Source: Octopus sinensis (taxonomy: Eukaryota). From it: DNA of 64,000 nucleotides. The stretch spans positions 198,090,001 through 198,154,000 of the forward strand of contig NC_042998.1 of the NCBI RefSeq assembly GCF_006345805.1, written 5' to 3'. This document shows, one piece after another, positions 1 through 12,914 of the stretch (positions are counted from its first letter, which is position 1; each line of letters begins with the position of its first letter). Both the position numbers and the translations under genes were made by a program. Under the pieces are notes generated by a model. The model was not told the origin of the DNA, searched no databases, and saw only the letters and a program-made list of their open reading frames with translations.

Positions 1-49
1 TTTCTAGCATAGGGTGTCCACATAGTGGTTTCCCTCTAATATGTATATA

Positions 50-248
50 TATATCTCTTTTCTCTTTCTCTTTTACTTGTTTCAGTCATTTGACTGCAGC
101 CATGCTGGAGCACCGCCTTTAATCGAGCAAATTGACCCCGGGACTTATTCTTTGTAAGCCCAGTACTTATTCTACCAGTCTCTTTTGCCGAACCGCTAAG
201 TGACGGGGACATAAACACACCAGCATCAGTTGTCAAGCAATGCTAGGG

Positions 249-290
<42 letters not shown>

Positions 291-563
291 GACGGTTCGA
301 TCTGGCTTCCCAGATCCCCAGTCGAACCGTCCAACCCATGCTAGCATGGAGAACGGACGTTAAACGATGATGATGATGATGATGATGATGATATATATAC
401 GACAGGCTTCTTTCAGTTTCCGTCTACCAAATCCACTCACAAGGCATTGGTCGGCCCGAGGCTATAGCAGAAGACACTTGCCCAAGATGCCACGCAGTGG
501 GACTGAACCCAGAACCATGTGGTTGGTTAGCAAGCTACTTACCACACAGCCACTCCTGCGCCT
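50..563 (-). mobile_element. S1 tRNA-derived SINE with an S3 3' fragment (~290-392) nested in its (TA)n linker
   Basis: Head GGCGCAGGAGTGGCTGTGTGG...GGTTCAGTCCC (A/B-box-like), microsatellite linker, tail ...GAAACAAGTAAAAGAG. Matches other copies in the window. Confidence 0.8.
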
Positions 564-920
564 ATATATATATATATACACATATATACATACACACATA
601 CATATTTCCACACACATATACACATGCCTATATATGTGTGTATATATGCATATGTGTGTATACAGATACTCACACACGCAAACATAGATATATCCTTACA
701 TATATACATTCAAATGTTCCTGTTTACACAGACATAGATAACAATATAATTAATTGGTGATTAAGCTACAATTGATCTTGGAAGAGATATTCATGCATTT
801 AATTTGATGCAGACAGAAACGGAGACTTCAGTAATAAAGATTATATGGGATGGTCACAGTTGGGTCTTATTTGATTGTTTGATTTTTGACTGAGGAGTGG
901 ATAAACAACTTCAATGACAA

Positions 921-986
<66 letters not shown>

Positions 987-1704
987 TTACTACTACTACT
1001 ACTATTACTACTACTACTAACTACTTCTAACTTTGCTTCATGATATGGCTGTGTGGTTAATGAAGATGGTGATGATGATGTTGATGATAATGATAATGAC
1101 AACAATGACAATGATAATAGCAAATGGTTATAATAACATAGTAATATTCAATATTGACTAAATTTATTCATTTGACTAAATTGTTTGAGAAAGAAACCAA
1201 TTTATTAATTATTATTTTTTTTTTTTAATATCTGTCAAATTATATTAAAATATCCCACTCCATTCATTGCTGTTTTTTTTGTCTAGTGTTTCCCCCCACC
1301 TCCACCACCGTATTCTATATTACCTTAGATCACTACTACTACTACTACTACTACTACTACCAATAATAACAACAATACCACCACCACTGCCCATAACAAA
1401 ACCTAGCTTCAGCTAATTACATCATTTACATAATTTGAGAATTCATCTGAAACCAATTAAAATCATTAATATTCAAAACATTTGATAGTCTTCTTGAAAT
1501 GTAGTATGGATGGAGAAGGGAGTATTTGAGGTGGTAGTGGTAGTAGTAGTAGTAGCAGTAGTAGTAGTTGTTATTGTTGTTGTTGTTGTTGTTGTAGTAG
1601 TCGTAATTGTCGGGTTTCTTACTGTAATTCATGGTAATTGCCATAGTTATAGCTGTTGCAGCTTTTATTGTTGCGTGTGTTTGTTGTTTTAATTATCGTT
1701 ACCG

Positions 1705-1745
<41 letters not shown>

Positions 1746-2299
1746 TACATACTCACACACACGCACACATTTATTTATTCCTTGAAATTAAATGAAATTA
1801 TGCTGCATTTCAAAAGTTTTAATTCAATCGCATTTTGGCAGAGGACATATGGCCAGCTTCCAAACTTCCCATAATGTTAAAGTATCCAGTTTCAATTTTA
1901 AAAGGGTATACATGATCTTAGTAACCACCATCATCTCCACATCACCTCTTCAATCACCACGGCCACTGCTACCTACATATCATCATCATCTCCATCAACA
2001 TATCGCTAATGTAATCACTTGACATATTTAAAGCAAGCAGCCAAATGTGGCTTAGCAAATAAGCTATCAGTAGAATTTAAAATTTGTTTCTTTATTGCCC
2101 ACAAGGAGCTAAACACAGAGAGGACAAACAAGGACAGACAAACGAATTAAGTTGATTACATCGACCCCAGTGCATAACTGGTACTTATTTAATCGACCCC
2201 GAAAGGATGAAAGGCAAAGTTGAACTCGGCGGAATTTGAACTCAGAACATAACGGCAGACAAAATACTGCAACAGTGGAAATCCTCTATCATTAATCCT

Positions 2300-2800
2300 A
2301 TCCTATCCTATCCCTTCACTGTCTGGTTATTGGGGACATTCATTGATGACACTGCACCAAATTCCACCACTTCTCTTGGCTTTCTGCTGCCCTCTATGAG
2401 TTGGCAAAACTGAGAGCTGTCCATTCTTTAATGTCACAAAACTATCTTTTCCTTGGCCTACCTTGCTTTTGTCCACCTTCTACTGTGTCTTGCAGTATTG
2501 TTTTTGCTAGACTGGAGCTTCTTGTGATATGGCTAAATCATATCAGTTTTCCCACTGAAACTCCAAACATGACTCGTTTGTTGGAGCTGGCTCAATCAAC
2601 ACTCGGTGAATGCCATCACAAGTACAAGTAAGAAAGTACAAAACTAACATTCTTCCCACATGAGCATTATCCAATGTGTAAAACAAGCATCTCGCATTAG
2701 GCACACTCTGCCTTCATGAACACACACACATCAACACCATCCTCAAATGGACGGATGAAAACATTGGTCTTCCTGTAACTGCACAAAGACATCATAACAA
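2300..2800 (-). mobile_element. Degenerate RTE-clade LINE 3' fragment
   Basis: Minus-strand translation with stops gives TILQDTVEGGQKQGRPRKR..DIKEWTALS, a typical RTE ORF C-terminus. Confidence 0.65.
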
Positions 2801-3169
2801 AACGCCAAATGAAATAGTCTTGCTTTACACTCTCACCCTATCTGGTGACACGTTAAAAGCACCATCCGAACGTGGCAGTTGCCAGCGCTGCCTAACTGGC
2901 GTCCGTGTCGGTGAAACATAAAAGCACCAACCGATCGTGGCTGTTTGTCAGCCTCCTCTGGCCCCTGTGCCGGTGGCATGTAAAAAGCACCCACTACACT
3001 CACGGAGTGGTTGGTGATAGGAAGGGCATCCAGTTGTAAAAACACTGCCAGATCAGACTGGAGCCTGGTGCAATGTCCATGGCTTCCCAGACCCCGGTCG
3101 AACTGTCCAACCCATGCTAGCATGGAAAACAGACATTAAACGATGATGATGATGATGATGTATATATAT

Positions 3170-3352
3170 AAAGAATATGAGGGGTTTAGGTCACTGAGGA
3201 TCTACTGATAGGTACACTGTGTCAGTGCTGTAACTCTGGTCATCTGTTAGGTTCCAAGCTCACAGCTGAGGCTGGAGCTAGGGATCTGTAGTAGGCTTCC
3301 GAGTCAACAGGTATATATTAAAGGTAAAGGGAAGCAAAACCAAACATGGAAA
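3170..3352 (+). repeat. Dispersed repeat duplicated at ~5696-5872
   Basis: Near-identical ~180-bp sequence at both sites. Confidence 0.85.
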
Positions 3353-3634
3353 GCTGCTAAAAGTGTTGGACCCCTTAAATCATGAATATCTATGATGTTC
3401 ACACATAGTGAACACATTCAAAAGAGTAGTGTAGTTTACGCGTTCAGACATGACATGTTGCACCATCCGGCAGATTGGAAGTCAGTGGCCCCCACACTGT
3501 ATATCTTTTCTGTGAGAGCAAGAACTTGTTTATAGCTTCAAATATTGTCTTATGAAATTACAAATGCAATTTTTAAGAATCAAAATACGTATCTATCAAT
3601 CTGTAACAGCTGAACAACTACAAACAAGAACAAA

Positions 3635-4325
3635 CTTGAGAGAGAGAGGGGAGACAGAGAGAGAAGAAAAAGAGAAAGAGAGAGAGGGAGAGAGAGAAAG
3701 AGAGAGTGAGAGAGAGAGAGAACAAGAAATAGAGAGAGAGAGAGCAAGAGTGAGGGAGAGAGCAAGAGAGAGAGCGAGAAATAGAGAGAGAGAGCAAGAG
3801 AGAGGGAGAGAGCAAGAGAGAGAGAGAGCGAGAAATAGAGAGAGACAGCAAGAGTGAGGGAGGGAGAGAGAGAGAAAGAGAGAGAGAGAAAGAGAGAGAG
3901 AGCAAGAGTGAGAGAGAGCGAAAGAGAGCGAGAGAGAGCAAGAGTGAGAGAAAGAGAGTGAGAGAGAGCAAGAGTGAGAGAGAGAGAGAGAGCAAGAGTG
4001 AGAGAGAGTGAGAGACTCTTCCAGTTCACAGATCATTAACCATTTATGTTCTGCCAAGCATTAAACATAAACTTACTGTAAATGCTTAATCTATAGATAA
4101 TCATGTGCGTGTAGGTGTGCATATAATTCCGTGCATGTGAATGCATGTGCAACAGTGTGTTTGTATGTGTTTGTGTTTGTGTATGTATGTGAACTCGTCC
4201 ATGCGAGTGCGTTTGTTGGTCAGCGTGTGTGTCTATTCTTACCTAGTTTACAAATTATAAAACTGTTAATAGTTTGTTAAGCTGTAAACGACTTAAGCTA
4301 CAACAGAAGAGAAGAGCGAGTGAAG

Positions 4326-4395
<70 letters not shown>

Positions 4396-4775
4396 GTCAG
4401 ACAGACAAGCTTTATGTCCAGTCAAGAATGTGATGCTACTGTTCATTAAAAGCTTTCGGTAAGATTTATGGCAGAGAGAGAAGAGAAAGAGAGAGAGGGG
4501 GAGACAGTGAGAGAAGAGAAGAGAGAGAGAGGGGGAGACAGAGAGAGAAGAGAAAGAGAGAGGGGGAGACAGAGAGAGAAGAGAAAGAGAGAGAGAGGGG
4601 GAGACAGAGAGAGAAGAGAAAGAGAGAGGGGGGAGACAGAGAGAGAAGAGAGAGACGGAGAGAGAAGAGAAAGAGAGAGAGGGGGAGACAGAGAGAGAAG
4701 AGAAAGAGAGAGGGAGGGAGGGAGAGAGAAAGAGAGAGGGAGAGAGAAAGAGAGAGGGGGAGAGACAGAGAGAGA
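3635..4775. repeat. GA-rich micro/minisatellites (3635-4015, 4340-4390, 4470-4775)
   Basis: Direct reading. Confidence 0.95.
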
Positions 4776-5154
4776 ATATAAGAAGGCTAAAAAGTTCAGC
4801 TTGGTATGGCCAGCGTAGCTGATTGCAATATTAGAGTTAAGACACACCATCCACAGACTATCATCATCATCATCATCATTTTACACATGCATATGACAGA
4901 GTGCAAGAGAGAGAGAGAGAAAGATGGAGAAAGATAATGAATTGCAAAGCTGTGAGGTCATAATAATTAATATTTTTCTTTCAATATGTATCATATTGAA
5001 ATTTCCCTTCTATTTTGTTTTTCTCACTGAATTATTCATAATTATCTACAATTATGAAGTGAGCCTTGGTTACATTTTATTAAGGTGAGTTGCTGAGACA
5101 TGCTCTGTTGGATACTTGTGAGTCTAATGACAAAATAATACATATATGTATATG

Positions 5155-5350
5155 TCGCCATGATAGATCAATAGCCACTACACACATTTTTTTCTCTCCT
5201 TGTTTCTCTCCTTGTATTTTCTGTGTCCCTTTCTGTTGAAGAGCGTAGGCTCGAAACGTAAAAGACTTGTTCTATTCCTGAGCGTTATACTAATACATCT
5301 GTTTGTTTTGTACACCACCTGTCTTCGTCTTTTGTTTTTTCATAAACTCT

Positions 5351-5386
<36 letters not shown>

Positions 5387-5620
5387 AAAATTTATATATA
5401 TATATAAACAAAAGTGGACAGTCTATATGCTAATATATATATATAGGCAGGTGGAGTACAAACAAACAATTGTATTAGTATGGTGCTCAGGAATATAAAT
5501 AAAACAAGTCTTTTACGTTTCGAGCCTATGCTCTTCAACAGAAATATACACAGAAAAGAAACACGGAGAGAAACAAGGAGAGAAAAAAATGCGTGCAGAA
5601 GCTAGCGATTCAACATGGCG
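5155..5620. repeat. Inverted pair of ~170-bp repeats (5155-5323 / 5443-5620), each containing a minimal hammerhead-like motif
   Basis: Arms are reverse complements separated by a (TA)n spacer; motif CTGTTGAAGAGC(G/A)TAGGCTCGAAACGTAAAAG. Confidence 0.7.
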
Positions 5621-6059
5621 ATTCTGGCCAGAAGTCAGACACCAAACGTGAGACGCAAGAGCGAAATTAAGGGAGATGTATATATATATATGTATATAAA
5701 GAATATGAGGGGTTTAGGCCACTGAGGATCTACCGATAGGTACACTGTGTCAGTGCTATAACTCTGGTCATCCGTTAGGTTCCAAGCTCACAGCTGAGGC
5801 TGGAGTTAGGGATCTGTAGCAGGTTTCCGAGTCAACAGGTATATATTAAAGGTAAAGGGAAACAAAACCAAGTCAGGATGAGCATCTCATGTAATTTAGA
5901 ATATTTAATTAGAGAAAGGTGAATCAAAAAAGGAGAAGTAATACTTCTACTTCTCCTTTTCCGATTCATCTTACTCTAATTATTAAATATTCTAAATGAG
6001 CTCAGATGCACATCCTGCGTTGGTTTGGCTTTCCTTTACCTTTAATATATATACATAAT

Positions 6060-6104
<45 letters not shown>

Positions 6105-6446
6105 ATATCGTGGCACTCCGTCGGTCACAACGACAACGGTTCCAGTTGATCCAATCAACGGAACATCCTGCTTGTGAAATTAATGTGCAAGTGGCTGAGC
6201 ACTCCACAGACACGAGTACCCCTAATGTAGTTCTCAGGGAGATTCAGCATGACACAGAGTGCGAAAAGGCTAAACAACAACATCTGCACAGAAAAAAAAA
6301 AACATTTCTCCGATGCAAACTTCACAAATAAAATGGATGTAAAAGAGCAAAAATGTCAACAGGAAAGTAAAAAAAAAAAGTAAAACAAAATAAGTAAATA
6401 AGAATGATTCAAGAGAAATTTCTGGCACGAATAAAAGTTGACTTAC

Positions 6447-6513
6447 TTGTACCAACAAACTGCAGCTACAATGATACCCACAAATCCAGCCACACTGCAC
6501 GCGGCTATAATCG
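6447..6513 (-). CDS. NPDC1: Internal coding exon (67 nt, phase 1-2) encoding the transmembrane helix (A)IIAACSVAGFVGIIVAAVCWY(K/N) of an NPDC1/CAB-1-like protein
   Basis: Minus strand reads ctctcatttccag|CG ATT ATA GCC GCG TGC ... TGT TGG TAC AA|gtaagt. It joins in frame to the exon ending TTC ATA G at 22868. The DIYFIAI..CS.AG..G...A..CWY motif is recognised from NPDC1/CAB-1 family knowledge; no database search was run. Confidence 0.8.
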
Positions 6514-7454
6514 CTGGAAATGAGAGCAAAAAGAAGAGACGTTCAGAAAATACAATATCAATGGTCAACCAAAAATATTATACATACATACTGACATATA
6601 TAAGTAGTTGAATGAATTATCCTAGTATGGATAATTCGGTTAACCGATACCCGGGTAGCAAATTCACGTCAGAAAACACGGTTGAAGCTATATGCCAATG
6701 GCAGAGATCACGAAACATATGTCGAGAATAAAGGAATTTTGTTAGATCGTCGTTCAACTCCATTCTTTCATTTATTTATAGTAAAAAAAAATACTGACAT
6801 ATATATATATAAATTAGAAAAAAACCCACCTTTTATCAATTCAATAATGAAATTAAATTACACCATCTAAGCCTGCCATCTATTTAGTAGCACACTTCAT
6901 GGATCCAACCGCTGAAGACTTTCATCTTCAAATGATGTATCCAGTGCATGTCAACTGAGCATAACCAATCCCTCTTCAAAGACTTGCTCATAGAAAACAT
7001 AAAAAAATAAATGATTTTTCTAAAAACTCAAAAAGTTTTAAAAGCACGATATTTAGCTGTGGTTTCATGGAGTTAAATGGATGAGAGTTAAGATTTCTAT
7101 ATTTGTTTTGCAATATTTTTGATGTGAAATCGTGTGTTGAAACAGATATTGTTGTATTTAGGAATGGTCATGTTGCCAGTTTAGCCAATAAAAACACACA
7201 CACTATATATTTGGTGTTACTTTGCTTCAGCTTTATTTATTTTTTACATTAATCTTAATCTTATTTCGGCCAGAGTTCTTTAGTCACACTCTTGTGACCT
7301 CATCAGGGGTCCTTTGCTTTCTTCTTTCTTATTTGTGTGTCTCTCCTTACTAACGGTCAACCATTCCTAAATTTAAGATTTCCCCATGATTAATACACAC
7401 ATTTGTTGCAGGTAACATTTCCAAATGATCTTGTATGAATATTTGTTACAACAA

Positions 7455-7825
7455 TAGGCGCAGGAATTGCTGTGTGGTAAGTAGCTTGCTAACCAACCAC
7501 ATGGTTCCGGGTTCAGTCCTACTGCGTGGCATCTTAGGCAAGTGTCTTCTGTTATAGCCCCGGGCCGACCAATGCCTTGTGAGTGGATTTGGTAGACGGA
7601 AACTGAAAGAAGCCTGTCGTATATATGTATATATATGTGTGTGTGTCTGTGTTTGTCCCCCTAGCGTTGCTTGACAACCGATGCTGGTGTGTTTACGTTC
7701 CCGTCACTTAGCGGTTCGGCAAAAGAGACCGATAGAATAAGTCCCGGGGTCGATTTGCTCGACTAAAGGCGGTGCTCCAGCATGGCCGCAGTCAAATGAC
7801 TGAAACAAGTAAAAGAGAAAAGAGA
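7455..7825 (+). mobile_element. S1 SINE, near full length
   Basis: Same head/linker/tail as copies at ~15758-16188(-), 25905-26360(-), 49715-50130(+), 56785-57190(-). Partial copies at ~15525-15690, 17020-17340, 25665-25860, 36290-36450, 48483-48615. Confidence 0.85.
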
Positions 7826-8044
7826 AAGAGAAGAGAACTGGATAATGAAAAATAAAGAGGTGTGTCTGGAAATAACATAAAAATAGCAGCAAAATCACAA
7901 AATTCTCAGCCTACAAGGAAGTCTTCTGATACTTTATTAGTTCAATCGTCATGTCTCTACATCCATGCTCATCCAAGGATTTGAACCTAGTACTACAATC
8001 CAACAAACACCTGTCAATTATCCAGTACTCTCCCTTCTTGGGAT

Positions 8045-8425
8045 GGAAGCACTCCGTCGGTTACGACGACGAGGGTTCCGGTTGATCCGGTCAACGGAAC
8101 AGCCTACTTGTGAAATTAACGTGTAAGTGGCTGAGCACTCCACAGACACGTGTACCCTTAACGTAGTTCTCGGGGATATTTAGCGTGACACAGAGAGTGA
8201 CAAGGCCGGCCCTTTGAAATACAGGTACAACAGAAACAGGAAGTAAGAGTGAGAGAAAGTTGTGGTGAAAGAGTACAGCAGGGATCACCACCATCCCTGC
8301 CGGAGCCTCGTGGAGCTTTAGGTGTTTTCGCTCAATAAACACTCACAACGCCCGGTCTGGGAATCGAAACCGCGATCCTACGACTGCAAGTCCGCTGCCC
8401 TAACCACTGGGCCATTGCGCCTCCA
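8045..8425 (-). mobile_element. S4 tRNA-derived SINE
   Basis: tRNA-like head GAGGCGCAATGGCCCAGTGGTTAGGGCAGCGG...GGTTTCGATTCCC. Head shared with 33693-33880; tail shared with 33470-33655, 27060-27245 and 6105-6275. Confidence 0.8.
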
Positions 8426-9729
8426 CTCTCCCTTCTTGCTGTACTCATCACCAAGAGGCACTGGGCAATGGCAATTATGAGATATAAACCATCAATCCGT
8501 TATTTACAGATTAAAATCCTACTGATTCCATCAGTGTAGCAAGAATAGTTCAGTGATGGAGACGTAAAGAATATTTTCACTACATATTTTCTCTAAACCC
8601 ACAAAAAAACATATGACATAAAAGAAGAGAATTTCAAAGAAATATTTCTATGAAATTGCCAATGTTAAAATGTTATTCAGCAGATTTCTAAAGATTGACA
8701 AAGAAATGTTGAATGTATGTTTTAACTAGTTAAAGTTAACATTTTCAATACAAAGTTCACAGACACAGCAGCATATTGGTTACTATGATGGTTAACTGGA
8801 TGGTATTGAGAGCAATAATAGTATATGGCACTGGTGTTGGTGGTAGGGTATAATGGCTAATAAGATACTGTAGATGATTATAGTAGAAGCAGAATGTGCT
8901 GGTGGTCATATATATTTCTTTACTGACCACAAGGGGCTAAACATAGAGGGGACAAACAAGGCCAGACAAAGGAATTAAGTCGATTACATCAACCCCAGTG
9001 CGAAACTGGTACTTTATTTCCTTCAAAACAACAGCGTATTATTTGAGGAAGATTTGGCTACTATTTCTAGCAGATGAGATGACCATATAAAAGCTCCCCC
9101 TCAAGTGGTGCATTGGTATTATGATGATGTTAGTCATATAAAGGTGGGAGGGAGGGGGGTAGTCATGGTAGAGAGATGATTGCAGTCTTTTGCTGATATT
9201 ATGGATGATTATGATTATGATGATGATGATGAGTCATGCTAGGATCAATAAAATAAATAGTACTAATGTAATGAGAATTGGTTCAACCAACTTTAGCCCT
9301 GCCAATGTGTGAATCAGTGTCCATGTAACAACTAACCTACTGGGGTCAATATAAATTTACCCTTTCCACAAAATGTGTGAACCCATTCATCATCATCGTT
9401 TAACGTCCGCTTTCCATGCTAGCAGGGGTTGGACGATTTTGACTGAGGGCTGGCGAACCAGATGGCTGCACCAGGCCCCAATCTTGATATGGCAGAGTTT
9501 CTACAGCTAGATGCCCTTCCTAACGCAAACCACTCCGAGAGTGTAGTGGGTGCTTTTTATGTGCCACTAGCACAGGTGCCAGTAAGGCGACTTTGGTAAC
9601 GATCATGCTCGAATGGTGCCCTTTTACGTGCCACTGGCATGGAAGCCAGTTGGCTGCTCTGGCAATGATCACACTCGGATGGTGCTCTTGGCACGCTACT
9701 ATGTTAGAAATAATAACTTTTATCACAGG

Positions 9730-9829
9730 NNNNNNNNNNNNNNNNNNNNNNNNNNNNNNNNNNNNNNNNNNNNNNNNNNNNNNNNNNNNNNNNNNNNNNN
9801 NNNNNNNNNNNNNNNNNNNNNNNNNNNNN
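9730..9829. other. Assembly gap (100 N) inside an S3 subrepeat array
   Basis: N run; the round size suggests a placeholder of unknown true length. Confidence 0.98.
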
Positions 9830-9994
9830 TTTTTATGTGCCAACCGGCACGAGGGCCAGGCGAGGCTGGCAACGGACACGAAACGGGGCGGTGCTGGCAA
9901 CGGTCGCGAAACGGAAAGTTCTCTTACATGCCACCGGCACTGGTAACACATCTGCAATTTCCATTGATCGATTTCGATTCTGATTTCGATTCTG

Positions 9995-10043
<49 letters not shown>

Positions 10044-10054
10044 CATACATATAT

Positions 10055-10085
<31 letters not shown>

Positions 10086-10091
10086 GCATAC

Positions 10092-10124
<33 letters not shown>

Positions 10125-10185
10125 TACATATATATATACTATAATATATAATATATATACCTATATATATATATATATATATATA

Positions 10186-10237
<52 letters not shown>

Positions 10238-10335
10238 GATTATATATATATGTATAATATATAATATGTATATGTATATATATATATATGTATATATATT
10301 ATATATATGTATATATATAATATATATATAATATC
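9995..10335. repeat. (TA)n-based microsatellite
   Basis: Direct reading. Confidence 0.95.
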
Positions 10336-11785
10336 ATCATCATCATCATCATCATTTAGTGTCCGTTTTCCATCTAGCATGGGTTGGACGGTTCTGCTGG
10401 GGTCTGTGAAGCCGAAAGCTTCATCAGGCCCAGTCAAATCTGGCAGTGTTTCTACGGCTGGATGCCCTTCCTAACGCCAACCACTCGTGAGTGTAGTGGT
10501 GCTTTTTACAAGAATTAAATGTAATATAAAAAATATAACGAAAATTAAGTAATGTGCAAAATAATAAATAAAACATACCAAATATATGTTTTATTTACTA
10601 TTTTGCACATTACCTAATTTTCGTTATATTTTTTATCTTACATTTAATTCTTCTATAATATGTAATTTTCTGGAGGGTGTATTTTAATATTTCATTATTG
10701 AATTGATAAAAGGTGATTTTTTTTCTAATTTATATATATACATTATATTTTGTGAAATTTGATTTAGTATTTCTAAACTGAATTTTTCCCTGTAAGTTTG
10801 GAATAATATGCCCTCATATATATATATATATATATATATATTTGCATGCAATAGATTTTTATCAGTCAACCGCCAGGGTTCAGGTGATTGGCTGAACCTT
10901 TTCCTTTAAAATTGCTAGTCTTATTTTCTGTTATATTTTCATTTTTTGCTAGATTTTTTTTATTGCTGTTCATTTTCTTTTGATCAATTGCATTGTACTT
11001 CATTCTGTTATAGTGTTCTCGTTGTTTTGAGACCTCATGGCATATAAAAGAAATCATCTTCCTCATCATCATCATCATCATCATCATTATTATTATTATT
11101 AAGGCAGTGAGCAGGCAGAATTGTTAGTAGCATTTCACCCATTGCTCTGATCTGGGTTCAAATTCCACTGAAGTCAAATTTGCTTTTCATCCTTTCGGGG
11201 TCAATAAATTAAGTACCAGTCAAGTACTGGGGCCAATGTAATCAACTTACCCCCTCCCCAAAAATTTCAGGCCTTGTGCCTGCAGCAGAAAGGATTATTA
11301 TTATTATTATTGTTATTATTATTATTATTATTGAGTGAGAGAGCAGTTCATGCCATCAAAGTGACACTGGGGTAAAATATACGAAGCCCAGTATACCCAT
11401 CATGACTACCCGTCTGATAAGGGTACACCAGGCACATGCATCACAACCATATGTGCGCGACATGGTGATCTCATATCAAGATAAACAGCACATGACCTTG
11501 CAGGTGGGGCCCAGTTAGAATTTTCTTCAGGTTGAGTAACTCATCCCGCTCAAAAGGTCCCTGAGTAAGGGTTGTTTAAGGATGTTGAACGAAACACCCA
11601 TGTTTCCAGAGGTGAATTATTCAAACCCCAAGGAATCCCTCTCAACACATGGCTATGATGCTCACCCCAACAACTTCTGCTCGTGATCAGAGATGCACAC
11701 ATCATCAGCCACTAAGGGACATGCTCAACTGGTTAAGGTCAAACAACTGACAAGCAAATCTGTGGTATTGAGCAGAATATTTGCT

Positions 11786-11827
<42 letters not shown>

Positions 11828-12669
11828 GTAGTAGTAGTAGTAGTAGTAGTAATGGATGTAATGATGGTGGTGGTGGTGGTTTCTTCAGGTTTCCATTACT
11901 ACAAGCAAGCAACATCAAAGAATCCCAAAGCAAGGAACACACCCTCATCACCAACAATGATGTGTCTATCAACTGCTTCTATCATCTTTAGTGAAAACAA
12001 CAGCCACTGCCATGGTAACCCACTACCACCACCACACCACAGCCCCAAGGCTACCTCCACCACCACCACCACCACCACCACCACTACAACAGTTAAGGAG
12101 TGTAGAAGAAAAAGGTGACTAGGTGTAGAGTAAGAAGAATAACAGGGGGAATAGAGAGAGTAGGAAAAGAAAAGAAGGTAGCAGAAAGAGGAGAGACAGA
12201 GAGTGAGAGAGAAAATAGAGAAAAAGGAGAGAAACAGAGGGAAGAATGGAGAGAGAGAGAGAGAGAGAGAGAGACAATAAAACAAAAGAGAGAGAAAGAA
12301 AAGAGAAAACATGAAAAAGGAAAAGAAATAACGATAATTTTAATTACATATATAATGAAGTGTTAACATACCTAATGTGGTGAGTATAGTTGCTTTAATT
12401 AATTGAGACTGCGCATGTACTGAGGTGGGGTAAACATTGGTGAACATTGATTCACTAAGCCAAACAATGGCAAGGGAGACAATTCAAAATCAGGTTTTTA
12501 GTTCCTGTGTTTGGTGATAGGGAGATTCAACATTTGTTGATATGAGAATCGAATTTTTGGTCATAGGAGGGTTCAGCTCTGACGAAGCAGATCATCATCA
12601 TCATCATCATCATCATCGTTTAACGTCCGTTTTCCATGCTAGCATGGGTTGGACGGTTCGACCAGGATC

Positions 12670-12914
12670 TAGTTAGTTAGTTAGTTAGTTGGTTAATTTT
12701 TTGGCTCAAAAAGCAAAAAGCAAGGCCATGTAGGGGGACATGGAGTTATGTACAGAGTGGTGTTCACGTAAAGAGTTCAGGCCACTTGTGGTCAAGGGAG
12801 ACTTTGAACCGAGCGGTCGTCGGCATCTTCACCATCTCGTCCGGCAGCTTATTCCATGGATCCACAACCCGGACGGAGAAAGCCCCTCTCCTTCGATTGA
12901 GATGAAATCGTCGC
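12670..12914 (-). mobile_element. CR1-clade LINE 3' end with (CTAA)n tail inserted in an S3 element
   Basis: LRRFHLNRRRGAFSVRVVDPWNKLPDEMVKMPTTARFKVSLDHKW; CpG-rich, so probably young. Confidence 0.75.

Noticed and set aside
9730-9829. Apparent long ORFs through the N run
   Set aside because: Artefact of the assembly gap.
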